Shown here: positions 16,833 to 25,603 of the stretch, one piece after another | How positions within the stretch are numbered: position 1 is the first letter of the stretch | Layout: the number at the start of each line of letters is the position of its first letter | UHGV virus genome: UHGV-0060500 | DNA from: a virus | DNA length: 52,459 bases | Direction: 5' to 3' (one strand) | Position numbers and translations under genes: made by a program | Notes under the pieces: model-generated | Told to the model about the DNA's origin: nothing | The model's database searches: none | The model's input: the letters and a program-made list of their open reading frames with translations, nothing else

Positions 16833-17316
16833 TAGGTTATTAGCCTGCGTTTATGTCGCCGTTTTTGTGATCATCAATCTTATTGTTAATCATTGCGGCC
16901 CGTGGGTAATTCCGATCACCACGGTAGCCGCCGTGTGTGTCAATATGATGATCCGTGACCTCCTGTTATATGACGGCGGCCTGAAATGGTCGGCTACAAC
17001 ATGCGCCGCCGCTGGCGCAATCACGGTGCTGATAAATTACGACGCCGGGATGGTGGCGATCGCGTCATTCGTCGCGGTTGTTTCCGGTGCGCTTATTTCT
17101 GGCGGCGTTTACCGGGTTTTGCCTGGTGGCTTTGATTCTAAACGTTGGCCTGCAAATATAGCGTCCGCCATTGGTGATGCGTTAATTTTTCCTACGCTAT
17201 CGTTTATGGCGTTTATGCCGGAAATATCAGCTATGCAATTCATCTCAAAAATGGCAGCGGTAACGGTGATTACTATCATCATGCGACGCTACTTCACGTT
17301 TGAGGGTAGAAAATGA
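16771..17316 (+). CDS. Multi-pass membrane protein, tentatively VUT/YhhQ-like (queuosine-precursor transporter family); start possibly 16813
   Basis: 4-5 predicted TM helices; loose resemblance to YhhQ segments (PANIASAIGDALIFPTLSFMAF versus YhhQ PTASTLFGNVSDTLAFFFIAF as recalled); assignment is tentative. Confidence 0.35.
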   Translation: MTTNRYYARRGIIKMERVTIDRLLACVYVAVFVIINLIVNHCGPWVIPITTVAAVCVNMMIRDLLLYDGGLKWSATTCAAAGAITVLINYDAGMVAIASFVAVVSGALISGGVYRVLPGGFDSKRWPANIASAIGDALIFPTLSFMAFMPEISAMQFISKMAAVTVITIIMRRYFTFEGRK

Positions 17317-18095
17317 GCAGGGCTAAACATTGGTTAAATAATTGGCTTAGAAGTTGGGTGGTGTGGTCGCTGTACGACGGCAGCGGGTACGCCGTTAAAG
17401 ATTGGGCGGAAGCAGGATATAAGTGCTATTGCTTCAACTATGACGGCGCAAATCACGGCGATTATGAAGGCGTTAAAATCATTCATCCAAATATTGAATA
17501 CGTTAACGTATGGATTGACAACCATTTCCTGGTAATGTTCTCCCCTGAATTGTCTGTTTATCCAGAGCCTGACATTATCTTGGGCTTTCCTCCGTGTGAT
17601 GATCTTGCCGTGTCCGGCGCTCGTTGGTTCGCTGACAAGCGGAAGAAAGATCCTCACTTCCAGCAAAAAGCAGCGTACAACGCAAAGTTAGTAGAAACGC
17701 TGGCGAGTATGTATAACGTCCCGTGGATGGTGGAAAATCCGGTGGGCGCACTGTCAACGCTATGGCGTAAACCGGATTTTATCTTCAATCCGTGCGCTTA
17801 CGGTGGCTACCTGCCGGAAGATGACAAACATCCTGCTTTCCCGGATGTTTACCCGCCGCGCGACGCGTATACGAAGAAAACTTGTATTTGGTGCGGCAAC
17901 GGATTTAAGCAGCCTCTTTTTAGGCCTGTAGATCTTAACTCTGGTGATAACCCTGGGTGGGCGAAAACCGGAGGCAGGACGAAACGAACAAAGATGATCC
18001 GCTCACTAACACCGCGTGGCTTTGCCCGTGCTGTATTCCTGGCTAACGACCGGGCCATCACGCGGACTACGCTTAACCGCGTTTTACCGGACTAA
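17313..18095 (+). CDS. DNA cytosine-5 methyltransferase-like protein (short)
   Basis: 260 aa; motif I-like LYDGSGY, motif IV-like GFPPCDDLAVSG (PC catalytic dipeptide), motif VI-like VENPVG. Confidence 0.55.
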   Translation: MSRAKHWLNNWLRSWVVWSLYDGSGYAVKDWAEAGYKCYCFNYDGANHGDYEGVKIIHPNIEYVNVWIDNHFLVMFSPELSVYPEPDIILGFPPCDDLAVSGARWFADKRKKDPHFQQKAAYNAKLVETLASMYNVPWMVENPVGALSTLWRKPDFIFNPCAYGGYLPEDDKHPAFPDVYPPRDAYTKKTCIWCGNGFKQPLFRPVDLNSGDNPGWAKTGGRTKRTKMIRSLTPRGFARAVFLANDRAITRTTLNRVLPD

Positions 18096-18254
18096 AGTTT
18101 ACAAAATGGCGTCATTGCGTGATATGGATCACATAATGGCGCTTTTCGCCTTGTTCTGGTGTATCCATTTTGTATACTTCAAGCAAACAAAATGCTCTTT
18201 AAAAATCCGGCAGCGCTGAAATGCGTAGAAATCACCTGAAAAGGAGAGAGCATT

Positions 18255-18431
18255 ATGTCTTTTGATGATTACCAATGGCATGACGACTATGAAAGAGAAA
18301 GCGTCATGCGTGCAATGTGCAATGTATGCAGCACGAAGAAAGGAGGCTGTAACGAGTGCAACGAATGCTTAGAACATTGGCTAAGGGCCGGACACGCCGA
18401 AAGGCTGAACGAAACAGAGAATCAAAAATAA
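18255..18431 (+). CDS. Small Cys-rich protein (58 aa)
   Basis: MSFDDYQWHDDYERESVMRAMCNVCSTKKGGCNECNEC...; strong SD AAGGAGAGAG. Confidence 0.4.
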   Translation: MSFDDYQWHDDYERESVMRAMCNVCSTKKGGCNECNECLEHWLRAGHAERLNETENQK

Positions 18432-18445
18432 TCGGGGTGGTTTTT

Positions 18446-19051
18446 ATGCAGAACCCTAAAAAACCCATAAGACGCCGTTGCAAATGCTGCGGCGTTTTTT
18501 TTGAGCCTAAATATCACAATCAAACGTGGTGCAGCGATGAATGTCTGGAAGAACTGAAGTTTGATCAGCTATGTCGCGACCGTGAGAAGGCTATGAAGGC
18601 TATGGAGCGGAAGAAACGCCGTGATAGCCAGCGTGAAGAACGCAACCGGAAGCGTAAACAGTTAAATCCGCGTAGTTATTGGATCAAACAAGTTCAAAAT
18701 GTATTTAACGCCTATATTCGCGAACGTGACGCGCGCTTGCCGTGTATATCTTGCGGGACTTACTACGGTGAGCAATGCGGGTGGGATGCGGGCCATTATA
18801 GGACGGTTGCCGCCGCCGGACACCTTCGCTTTAACGAGGATAATTGCCATAAACAATGCAGGCACTGCAACCAGACATTAGACGGAAACATAGGAGGGTA
18901 TCGCCCGGCACTGATTCGAAAAATTGGCCTCGCCAGGGTGGTGGCGCTGGAAAACAACAATGATACGCATAAATGGACGATCGCAGAATGTAAGGAGCTA
19001 ATAAACATCTATCAGGCTAAATTGGACGCCTTAAGGAGAAAGGCAGCATGA
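18446..19051 (+). CDS. ninG: NinG/Rap-like recombination protein
   Basis: Zinc-binding RRRCKCCG...WCSDEC and PRSYWIKQVQNVFNAYIRERDARLPCISCGT...WDAGHYRT...LRFNEDNCHKQC match lambda NinG closely as recalled; ORF-track start at 18356 is an upstream extension. Confidence 0.8.
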   Translation: MQNPKKPIRRRCKCCGVFFEPKYHNQTWCSDECLEELKFDQLCRDREKAMKAMERKKRRDSQREERNRKRKQLNPRSYWIKQVQNVFNAYIRERDARLPCISCGTYYGEQCGWDAGHYRTVAAAGHLRFNEDNCHKQCRHCNQTLDGNIGGYRPALIRKIGLARVVALENNNDTHKWTIAECKELINIYQAKLDALRRKAA

Positions 19052-19455
19052 ATGAATATTCTTTTAGCCTGCCTTACCCGCCATCGAATAATCGCTATTA
19101 CCGACATTCGCGCGGTTTTCACTATATCAGCAAAGTGGGGAAGGAATACAGGGAACAAGTAAGAGACATCATCGAGCTATTAAATTTAAATATTAACCTA
19201 CCTTGCCGACTGGCAATTGCCATTTACGCCGCGCCGCCGGATAACCGGATCAGAGATCTGGATAATATCCCTAAATGCCTTTTTGACAGCCTTACTTATG
19301 CCGGATTCTGGAGGGATGACGGGCAAATCGACTCAATAAAAATTGTTCGCTGCCGGAAGGCAAAAGGCGGACGCTTGTTTATTAAGATCCGCGAACGCGG
19401 CGACCTACTACCGGATATTGACGAATACGCGACTAATATGTGGGGTGAGCAATGA
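19048..19455 (+). CDS. rusA: RusA-family Holliday junction resolvase
   Basis: 135 aa; LPYPPSNNRYYRHSRG...DLDNIPKCLFDSL...WRDDGQI matches the RusA pattern. Confidence 0.8.
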   Translation: MNEYSFSLPYPPSNNRYYRHSRGFHYISKVGKEYREQVRDIIELLNLNINLPCRLAIAIYAAPPDNRIRDLDNIPKCLFDSLTYAGFWRDDGQIDSIKIVRCRKAKGGRLFIKIRERGDLLPDIDEYATNMWGEQ

Positions 19456-19634
19456 AAAACGAAGTTAAAGATCTGCAAATAGATATTCAGCGCGACGAGC
19501 GTGATTTAGAGACGGTCCGACAAATCCAGGCTTTCCACATGCGCGAATTACTTGCGCTGAAAGAGTTCGAAAGAAAGCTGGTGCAATCCATTTCTGATCG
19601 TAAACGTCTGGCGGCACGTTATGAGGGCAAATAA
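19452..19634 (+). CDS. Hypothetical coiled-coil protein (60 aa)
   Basis: ORF coupled to rusA. Confidence 0.35.
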   Translation: MKNEVKDLQIDIQRDERDLETVRQIQAFHMRELLALKEFERKLVQSISDRKRLAARYEGK

Positions 19635-20362
19635 TGAATTTAGAATCCATTCTAAAATTCCACTTTCCTAAATCACCGCGATTATCTGACGAAAGCCGGG
19701 GCACGTCCCCGGACGCTCTTAATACGACGGATGCGCTAACCGCTGCGGGTATGGCGCAATCGCGCGTAGAGCTTGGATATAGCGCTTTTTTAGGGAAGAT
19801 GGAACTATCACAAGCCGAAAAACACAGGGCCGTAGTTTTGCTTACAGAGCGTTTAAGGGCTATGGCGAAAGATTACGAATACGTGATGGAGTTAAACGAG
19901 GCACAACGCAATGATCTTATTATTCTTGTTGCCGTTTTCGCATTTCGGGATTATTGCCAGAGTGCGGCGACCGAAAAAGTTTGCCCTAAGTGCGGCGGTC
20001 ACGGGCATTTACCAAATCCATATGGCGAATACACATCAACAATTTGCGCACGGTGCGGCGGCAAAGGCTACGTTAAAAACCATTGCCAACGTTGCAAGGG
20101 GCGCGGCGAAGTACCGGATAAAACAGCCAGCGAAGCGGCGGAAATGCCAGTATTCAAAACGTGCCAGCATTGCGGCGGGCGCGGGTACTCGCGTTACCCT
20201 GTAGATCTTGTCCGGCAGGCAGTTAATCAGCTTGTTTTCCCGGTGAGCCGATCAACATGGTGGAAGAAATACCGTGCTTTCTATGAAGACGCCATTGCTG
20301 AATTGTTCAAAGAAGAGGCGCGGGCTGACAACGAAATTAAACGAGTGACGCGGGGTGAATAA
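19634..20362 (+). CDS. Putative late-gene antiterminator Q-like protein with DnaJ-type CxxCxGxG zinc-finger repeats
   Basis: Four CxxCGG(H/K/R)G repeats (CPKCGGHG, CARCGGKG, CQRCKGRG, CQHCGGRG); position after ninG/rusA as in lambdoid phages; assignment is tentative. Confidence 0.4.
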   Translation: MNLESILKFHFPKSPRLSDESRGTSPDALNTTDALTAAGMAQSRVELGYSAFLGKMELSQAEKHRAVVLLTERLRAMAKDYEYVMELNEAQRNDLIILVAVFAFRDYCQSAATEKVCPKCGGHGHLPNPYGEYTSTICARCGGKGYVKNHCQRCKGRGEVPDKTASEAAEMPVFKTCQHCGGRGYSRYPVDLVRQAVNQLVFPVSRSTWWKKYRAFYEDAIAELFKEEARADNEIKRVTRGE

Positions 20363-20565
20363 TGGATAAGTTAGAAATAAACGATCAGTTTGCCGTTATC
20401 TTGTTCGAAGATAAAACAGGCGGCGCATGGTGTAAGAAAGTCACTGGCGCAGAAGCGCGTTTGGTGTTGGGTATGGCAAGCGCGTTAAATGAAGGTGAAT
20501 TGCCAGCCGTACCTATTGAGCCTGTTCACATTTACGGGAGGAATAGAGAAGATGAAAATAATTAA
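20362..20565 (+). CDS. Hypothetical protein (67 aa)
   Basis: ORF. Confidence 0.35.
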   Translation: MDKLEINDQFAVILFEDKTGGAWCKKVTGAEARLVLGMASALNEGELPAVPIEPVHIYGRNREDENN

Positions 20566-20899
20566 TATCGGGTGGTTATATTGCAAAAACTGCGACGACG
20601 ACGGCATGGTTGTTAAGACTGAAAAAGGTTGCGGCTTCTTTTTGTATCAAGGCGATAAGTTTGTTTGTCCGCGATGCGGTGGTCATGGTGAGATAGAAAT
20701 TATTGAAGATAATGCTACAGCACCAGAGCCGGAGCGCATTGTTCTTGACGAAAAAATAAAAATTCATCCTGATTTATTGCAGCAAATTATCGATCACATA
20801 TCGGCAGCAGCAATCTATGCAGATAATAATTATCATCGTGAAATGAACGTAAAACGTGTTCTTGAGCAGTATTTCGAGGGTGGTGATAATGAAGCCTAA
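20552..20899 (+). CDS. Small zinc-ribbon protein (about 115 aa)
   Basis: CKNCDDDG...CPRCGGHG pair of CxxC motifs; SD GGGAGG. Confidence 0.4.
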   Translation: MKIINIGWLYCKNCDDDGMVVKTEKGCGFFLYQGDKFVCPRCGGHGEIEIIEDNATAPEPERIVLDEKIKIHPDLLQQIIDHISAAAIYADNNYHREMNVKRVLEQYFEGGDNEA

Positions 20900-21158
20900 A
20901 TTAAAAGAACATGAATTTAGGGATCTTGTAAACGGAATAACTGATAAGACCAGGACGTACTCAAATACACAACAATTAAGGGCGATGATAATTACGGAAT
21001 TAAGGAAATACATTGAGCCAGGCGGGCCAGGCGACGAAATGACTATGGACAAGGCCATCAAGCGCCGTTCGGCTGATTGGTCAGTCAGTAACACTGGATT
21101 AACCGGATACATCGAAGGCTATAACGACTGTTTACAGGATCATAGCAATGGCAAATAA
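20889..21158 (+). CDS. Hypothetical protein (about 89 aa)
   Basis: ORF; SD GAGGGTGGTGA. Confidence 0.35.
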   Translation: MKPKLKEHEFRDLVNGITDKTRTYSNTQQLRAMIITELRKYIEPGGPGDEMTMDKAIKRRSADWSVSNTGLTGYIEGYNDCLQDHSNGK

Positions 21159-21447
21159 ACACTTACATTTAAATTTAAAAGGGGAATACTTTCACGCTAT
21201 CCGGGCGGGAAAGAAGGTGGAGGAATACCGGCTTTATAATGACTATTGGCGTAAACGCCTGGAAGGGCGGGAATACACAAGATTAATCATCAAATGGGGA
21301 TACCCGGCTAACGACGAGAAGGAACGAATACTGATTCTTCCTTATATGGGGTACACAATCAAGACAATTCAGCATCCTTTATTTGGTGACGATCCTGTTA
21401 AAGTTTTTGCTATCAAATGCGATATTTATTGGCAATATAGGTTTTAG
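21148..21447 (+). CDS. ASCH/DUF3850-like PUA-fold protein
   Basis: HLNLKGEYFHAIRAGKKVEEYRLYNDYW...LIIKWGY resembles ASCH-domain proteins. Confidence 0.4.
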   Translation: MANKHLHLNLKGEYFHAIRAGKKVEEYRLYNDYWRKRLEGREYTRLIIKWGYPANDEKERILILPYMGYTIKTIQHPLFGDDPVKVFAIKCDIYWQYRF

Positions 21448-21450
21448 AAT

Positions 21451-21663
21451 ATGAAAAGTAACCGTAAACGCCTTGTAAGGGCATACGACAAAGCATTAAA
21501 GGCTTTTGATGATCTGCGACGCAATAAGCGCCAGCGCCGCAAATGGGCGCGAATGCTTGTTAGTGAATGGCATAACGAAGATTTCTTTCTGGAAGCGCGG
21601 CACATGACGCAAGAAGACGCGGATCAATTAGCTTACGATAACGTTTACTATATGATGTGGTGA
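21451..21663 (+). CDS. Hypothetical protein (70 aa)
   Basis: ORF. Confidence 0.35.
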   Translation: MKSNRKRLVRAYDKALKAFDDLRRNKRQRRKWARMLVSEWHNEDFFLEARHMTQEDADQLAYDNVYYMMW

Positions 21664-21667
21664 TAAT

Positions 21668-22033
21668 ATGCAGATAATCATTGATTACCTTTGCCACGCT
21701 GCAAATACAATTTTCGGTATGTATCAACAACCGTTTCTCAAAGAATGGGATGATATGCTAAACGACATCCTCGACAAAGGATTAATAATGGAGGTTGACG
21801 AGCTTACAATCAGATTTAATTATGAAGGTGAAGAATATCTAATTTGGGTGGGTAATAGATGGTATTCATACGGTCATATTTATTCAATTGGTGGTAAGTT
21901 CATTAAAAGAAACCAGGAATTCAGACCGCGCTTCCGCACTATGCGCCGCCTGCATGATCTGCATATAAAGCTATTCGAAGATCAGGAAGCGCGGGAATTA
22001 TTCAAAATTTACGGGGATAAATCATGGAGCTAA
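21668..22033 (+). CDS. Hypothetical protein (121 aa)
   Basis: ORF. Confidence 0.4.
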   Translation: MQIIIDYLCHAANTIFGMYQQPFLKEWDDMLNDILDKGLIMEVDELTIRFNYEGEEYLIWVGNRWYSYGHIYSIGGKFIKRNQEFRPRFRTMRRLHDLHIKLFEDQEARELFKIYGDKSWS

Positions 22034-22254
22034 AAATCTGGCAGGCTATCGACGTTGTTGATAACGAATTGTCTATGTTCGCCACTAACGGGAAACGCGT
22101 TGTGATCGCTACATGGACACGTAACCATGATGATATTGCTTTTCGTCGCGCTGCGGCGGAATTGCTTTTCTCTGATGGCGGCTACACGATGAACATCGCA
22201 CAGCTTGCCAGAATGAAAGATGAAAAGCTGGTGGACAGCTACACAACTGCGTAA
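22024..22254 (+). CDS. Hypothetical protein (76 aa)
   Basis: ORF. Confidence 0.35.
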   Translation: MELKIWQAIDVVDNELSMFATNGKRVVIATWTRNHDDIAFRRAAAELLFSDGGYTMNIAQLARMKDEKLVDSYTTA

Positions 22255-22264
22255 CGGGGTAAAT

Positions 22265-22498
22265 ATGCGTATCTATGAACACAAGCGGGATAAAACCCGC
22301 TTTTTTGTTCGTGCTGGCGTGGCGTACCAGTATCACGAATGCGGTTACATTGAGGCGCTAGCCTACGATCTGGATTTCGAACAGGAAAAAGCATGGTTCG
22401 ATTTTAAAATTTACCGGAAGCGCAAACCAACGCGCGACGAGCGACACGCTATCCGTGACTTTTTAATCAGTATTGAGCGCTGGGAGACAGAGGAATGA
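22265..22498 (+). CDS. Hypothetical protein (about 77 aa)
   Basis: ORF. Confidence 0.35.
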   Translation: MRIYEHKRDKTRFFVRAGVAYQYHECGYIEALAYDLDFEQEKAWFDFKIYRKRKPTRDERHAIRDFLISIERWETEE

Positions 22499-22722
22499 AG
22501 GTAAAATTCTTGCACGATCACGGTTATCCGTCACTGAAACAGGTTGTTGGTAAGGTGGTTAATGTCGTTCATGGCGATGATGTCACTTGCATGATTAACG
22601 GTGCTGATTTAATCGCCGCTGGCGCTGATGGCCATTACATAAATCCGGCATGGTCGTATACGTTCAGCCTGGGCGACTTCGTTGGCGATAAGGGGCGCGG
22701 GCTGGAAGTAGTCGAGGGTTAA
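22495..22722 (+). CDS. Hypothetical protein (75 aa)
   Basis: ORF. Confidence 0.35.
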   Translation: MKVKFLHDHGYPSLKQVVGKVVNVVHGDDVTCMINGADLIAAGADGHYINPAWSYTFSLGDFVGDKGRGLEVVEG

Positions 22723-22726
22723 CATC

Positions 22727-22975
22727 ATGGACGTTTACGAAGATCTATACCTCCAGACAAACACCCGCACTTTTTATTTTCTGAAAAACGGCGTCGTATA
22801 TCGCAGCGACGACGGGGTAATAATGAAGGAGTGGTTATTTAAGCGTAAAGACCTACTCGACGATTTGGTTTTTGCCGGAATATTTCGTAAACGTCCGGCT
22901 AACCTGGAAGAAGAAATGTTGATTGAGGTTATTAAAAATGAAAATCAGGGTAAGTTATTTCCGGGCGAAAGATAA
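22727..22975 (+). CDS. Hypothetical protein (82 aa)
   Basis: ORF. Confidence 0.35.
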   Translation: MDVYEDLYLQTNTRTFYFLKNGVVYRSDDGVIMKEWLFKRKDLLDDLVFAGIFRKRPANLEEEMLIEVIKNENQGKLFPGER

Positions 22976-23189
22976 GGCAACAGGAAAGCAGATGGCGATC
23001 CTGGTTAACGAGGCCAATTACATGTTTGTGCTTCAGCCGTGGTGTATAGCTGACTATAACGATGATTATCGCCGTCACGCGGCGCGGAGTGCGGTCGGGA
23101 TGAAAGGGTGGCAACCGCGCGACATGGAAAATTATTGCGACTGGAAACTGATTGCTAAATATACGGTTAATTATAAAGGGGTTTTCTGA
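22938..23189 (+). CDS. Hypothetical protein (about 83 aa)
   Basis: ORF; SD GAGGT. Confidence 0.35.
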   Translation: MKIRVSYFRAKDKATGKQMAILVNEANYMFVLQPWCIADYNDDYRRHAARSAVGMKGWQPRDMENYCDWKLIAKYTVNYKGVF

Positions 23190-23191
23190 TT

Positions 23192-23407
23192 ATGTTTGCA
23201 AGATGTGTTTATTCTGACACTACGTGCTTTACTACTGGCGAACTATATAGCGTTGATCTTCTTAATGGGTGCAAGCGCGGCGCTGGCCGGATTTATTATG
23301 TAAAAGATAATGATGGTGATGCGTGGCAATTTTACGGCGAGCATGCGAAAGGGGTTGTTAAGAGTAGTTTTGATAATCGTGTAATGGCGCATTTTGTTAA
23401 GTGGTGA
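23192..23407 (+). CDS. Hypothetical protein (71 aa)
   Basis: ORF. Confidence 0.35.
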   Translation: MFARCVYSDTTCFTTGELYSVDLLNGCKRGAGRIYYVKDNDGDAWQFYGEHAKGVVKSSFDNRVMAHFVKW

Positions 23408-23521
23408 GGTGTTGGACAACCATAAATGTGATCTGTATCACAATGTATACGAAATGGCATTGTTCCGGCAGTGCCGTTTTGTTATATATGAGCCACAGAA
23501 AGACGGAGGGGAGGCAAGAAG

Positions 23522-23662
23522 ATGAACGCAAACGCAAAATATCCTGCCTGGGTGTTTGAGTTATATGCCAGATACTTCGAACTACTGGCACCAGGTGAAG
23601 AAGCATTAAGCATTGACGAATACGCGGAGTGTCTGGGGTTCAAAGGAGGCAAAGAAGGATAA
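23522..23662 (+). CDS. Hypothetical small protein (46 aa)
   Basis: ATG with SD GACGGAGGGG upstream. Confidence 0.3.
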   Translation: MNANAKYPAWVFELYARYFELLAPGEEALSIDEYAECLGFKGGKEG

Positions 23663-23706
23663 AGCACGGGGTCGGATGGCCCCCATCAAACCAGAAGGGT
23701 TGAATT

Positions 23707-24006
23707 ATGAAAAGCGATAAATTCATAGCGTGCTGTTTTGTTGAAGTGCCTAAAGGTGATGTTTTCTGTAATTACGAATTTAAAGACAGTTTAGGCCGAT
23801 CTCATGTTGTTGTTGGTAAGCGCGGTGACTGGTTATATATAACAGACGACGACATGATTTTTACCAGAAATCAACTATTTCACATCAACTCGGTAAATAA
23901 TTATGCGCCAGTTGCCGCTATATCCATGATGGATCTTAAATCTAATATGTGGCTTGAAAAGGACACTGTGCATAAAGCGCGTAGCTTACCTGGTGCGGAG
24001 TTTTAA
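23707..24006 (+). CDS. Hypothetical protein (99 aa)
   Basis: ORF. Confidence 0.4.
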   Translation: MKSDKFIACCFVEVPKGDVFCNYEFKDSLGRSHVVVGKRGDWLYITDDDMIFTRNQLFHINSVNNYAPVAAISMMDLKSNMWLEKDTVHKARSLPGAEF

Positions 24007-24008
24007 TT

Positions 24009-24266
24009 ATGGTTGTGTTCAGGCTGTGGCGCGGCAATAGCATACTCGATGGCGAGTACAGCCGCGTGATTGAAGATGTTAATCGCGGGCGTTTTTATGA
24101 ACTGGCATACAGGGAGGCAATGGAGAACACCTATTTTGATGAGTCAATCCCTATGTGGCGGAAGATGTCTGGCGAAATAGCTTTCGCAATGCGCCACGGG
24201 TTTTATACAGATCATAACACGCTAATTGATGCCGAACTGGTGACAATTCTTTACGAAGGAGAATAA
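24009..24266 (+). CDS. Hypothetical protein (85 aa)
   Basis: ORF. Confidence 0.35.
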   Translation: MVVFRLWRGNSILDGEYSRVIEDVNRGRFYELAYREAMENTYFDESIPMWRKMSGEIAFAMRHGFYTDHNTLIDAELVTILYEGE

Positions 24267-24269
24267 CAA

Positions 24270-24593
24270 ATGTCTAAATTTATCAGCGTTAAGGTTTTCC
24301 GTGGCACTATTCCAGAAGATAAAAAATATGGACAATTCGCCGGACAACCTGGCGCATGTTTCCGTGTAGCCACTGACGACGAAGTTAGTGTCAAATGCTT
24401 CCATGTAGCTGAACCGCCTTTTGACGTGAAAGACCTTGATAATGCAGATCACGTTAAACATTTTGTTTTCGCATCGGTAGTGCTTAATCCTTGCCCTGAT
24501 GCTGAAGTGGAATTGCTTGGGGCTGAACTGGTTGCAGAATACCAAATGACTGAAGGAGAAAACGGAGGGATTGAAATTGAGCGCATCAAGTAA
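24270..24593 (+). CDS. Hypothetical protein (107 aa)
   Basis: ORF. Confidence 0.4.
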   Translation: MSKFISVKVFRGTIPEDKKYGQFAGQPGACFRVATDDEVSVKCFHVAEPPFDVKDLDNADHVKHFVFASVVLNPCPDAEVELLGAELVAEYQMTEGENGGIEIERIK

Positions 24594-24822
24594 GCTATAC
24601 AAGATCAGGTGTAAAGGCGAATATCCTGGCTTTACGATTGGTTGCGAATACATGGGCCACATTGGGTACGGCCCTTTCGGTGAATTAGGGATGAATACGC
24701 TGGACGACGACGGCGACAGCAGGACGCTTGATCTTGATTCTGATGATTTCGAATACATCCCGCCGATAACTTACCGCGACGTTGATGATTTCATGGCTGA
24801 ACATGACGACGAGGACGATTAA
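24571..24822 (+). CDS. Hypothetical acidic protein (83 aa)
   Basis: ORF with Asp-rich C-terminus. Confidence 0.35.
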   Translation: MKLSASSKLYKIRCKGEYPGFTIGCEYMGHIGYGPFGELGMNTLDDDGDSRTLDLDSDDFEYIPPITYRDVDDFMAEHDDEDD

Positions 24823-24954
24823 ATGGAAGAGTGGTATAAAAATTTATTAATCATGTTTCTTTCTGAAAATTGGGCGCTATTTGAGCGTTTTTGCGAGGAA
24901 CATGGTGAAGACCCTAACGATATTTATCACGATCTTGGTGGTGAAGATGACTGA
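24823..24954 (+). CDS. Hypothetical small protein (43 aa)
   Basis: ATG immediately after the upstream stop. Confidence 0.3.
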   Translation: MEEWYKNLLIMFLSENWALFERFCEEHGEDPNDIYHDLGGEDD

Positions 24955-25144
24955 ATGCCTTATTGTTGCGGTAGTTATAATTTACCTGGCTGGTGTCATT
25001 TTAATGGGCGCTTTTCAGAAGGCTGTTGATAGTGACGGCGTTATTTGGTTCGAGCTAGTCTTCTGGCCTTTCATTACGATATACGCATTCAGTGATGCTA
25101 TGCGTATTAACATCATGCGAGCCATTAAGGAGCGCAAAAAATGA
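24947..25144 (+). CDS. Small membrane protein (about 65 aa)
   Basis: MTECLIVAVVIIYLAGVILMGAF...; two hydrophobic helices. Confidence 0.35.
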   Translation: MTECLIVAVVIIYLAGVILMGAFQKAVDSDGVIWFELVFWPFITIYAFSDAMRINIMRAIKERKK

Positions 25145-25323
25145 TTGAAGATGGGGTGTACGCAGCAACAGTAGTCGACGGGTTGTTTTACCGCGTGGAA
25201 GGTGATGATATTCGTATCCGTGTTGGCGGTGGCGAGTGGGTAGCGCCAATCATTAAGACGACGCGAGAAACAATTAAAATATTTCTTGATGCTGGTGAAC
25301 TGGTAAAGGTTAGCGACCTATGA
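25141..25323 (+). CDS. Hypothetical protein (60 aa), paralogue of the next ORF
   Basis: MIEDGVYAATVVDGLFYRVEG... shares the IEDG.Y pattern with the ORF at 25320. Confidence 0.35.
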   Translation: MIEDGVYAATVVDGLFYRVEGDDIRIRVGGGEWVAPIIKTTRETIKIFLDAGELVKVSDL

Positions 25324-25496
25324 ACGAGATCGAAGATGGCATCTATTTGCATAAGGTATTTGACATCGCCTATTTGGTAAGAGGCGAAGAGGTGATGATA
25401 AGGAATGAAGATGTTCCTTATTGGGAATTAAGCGACATGGATCGCGAACACATGCAAACATTGCTTGATAACGGACTGATATACAGAACTGCGTAA
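25320..25496 (+). CDS. Hypothetical protein (58 aa), paralogue of the previous ORF
   Basis: MNEIEDGIYLHKVFDIAYLVRGEE...; ATGA overlap with the upstream stop. Confidence 0.35.
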   Translation: MNEIEDGIYLHKVFDIAYLVRGEEVMIRNEDVPYWELSDMDREHMQTLLDNGLIYRTA

Positions 25497-25560
25497 AGCC
25501 GTATTTGTGGGTCGAAAACAAACAGATTAAAATATTACCTAACAATGCGAAACTGTAACT

Positions 25561-25586
25561 ACCCGGCCCAGTGCCGGGTTTTTGCT
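25561..25586 (+). terminator. Hairpin plus T-tract immediately upstream of the lysis cassette (candidate late-operon terminator/antitermination site)
   Basis: ACCCGGCCCAGTGCCGGGT followed by TTTTGCTTTG, 18 bp before the holin start. Confidence 0.4.
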
Positions 25587-25603
25587 TTGTTGGAGGAAAA
25601 TCT

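Noticed and set aside
18356-18445. Upstream extension of the ninG ORF
   Set aside because: Overlaps, in another frame, a 58 aa Cys-rich ORF that has a much stronger SD; the NinG homology as recalled begins at the Met at 18446.
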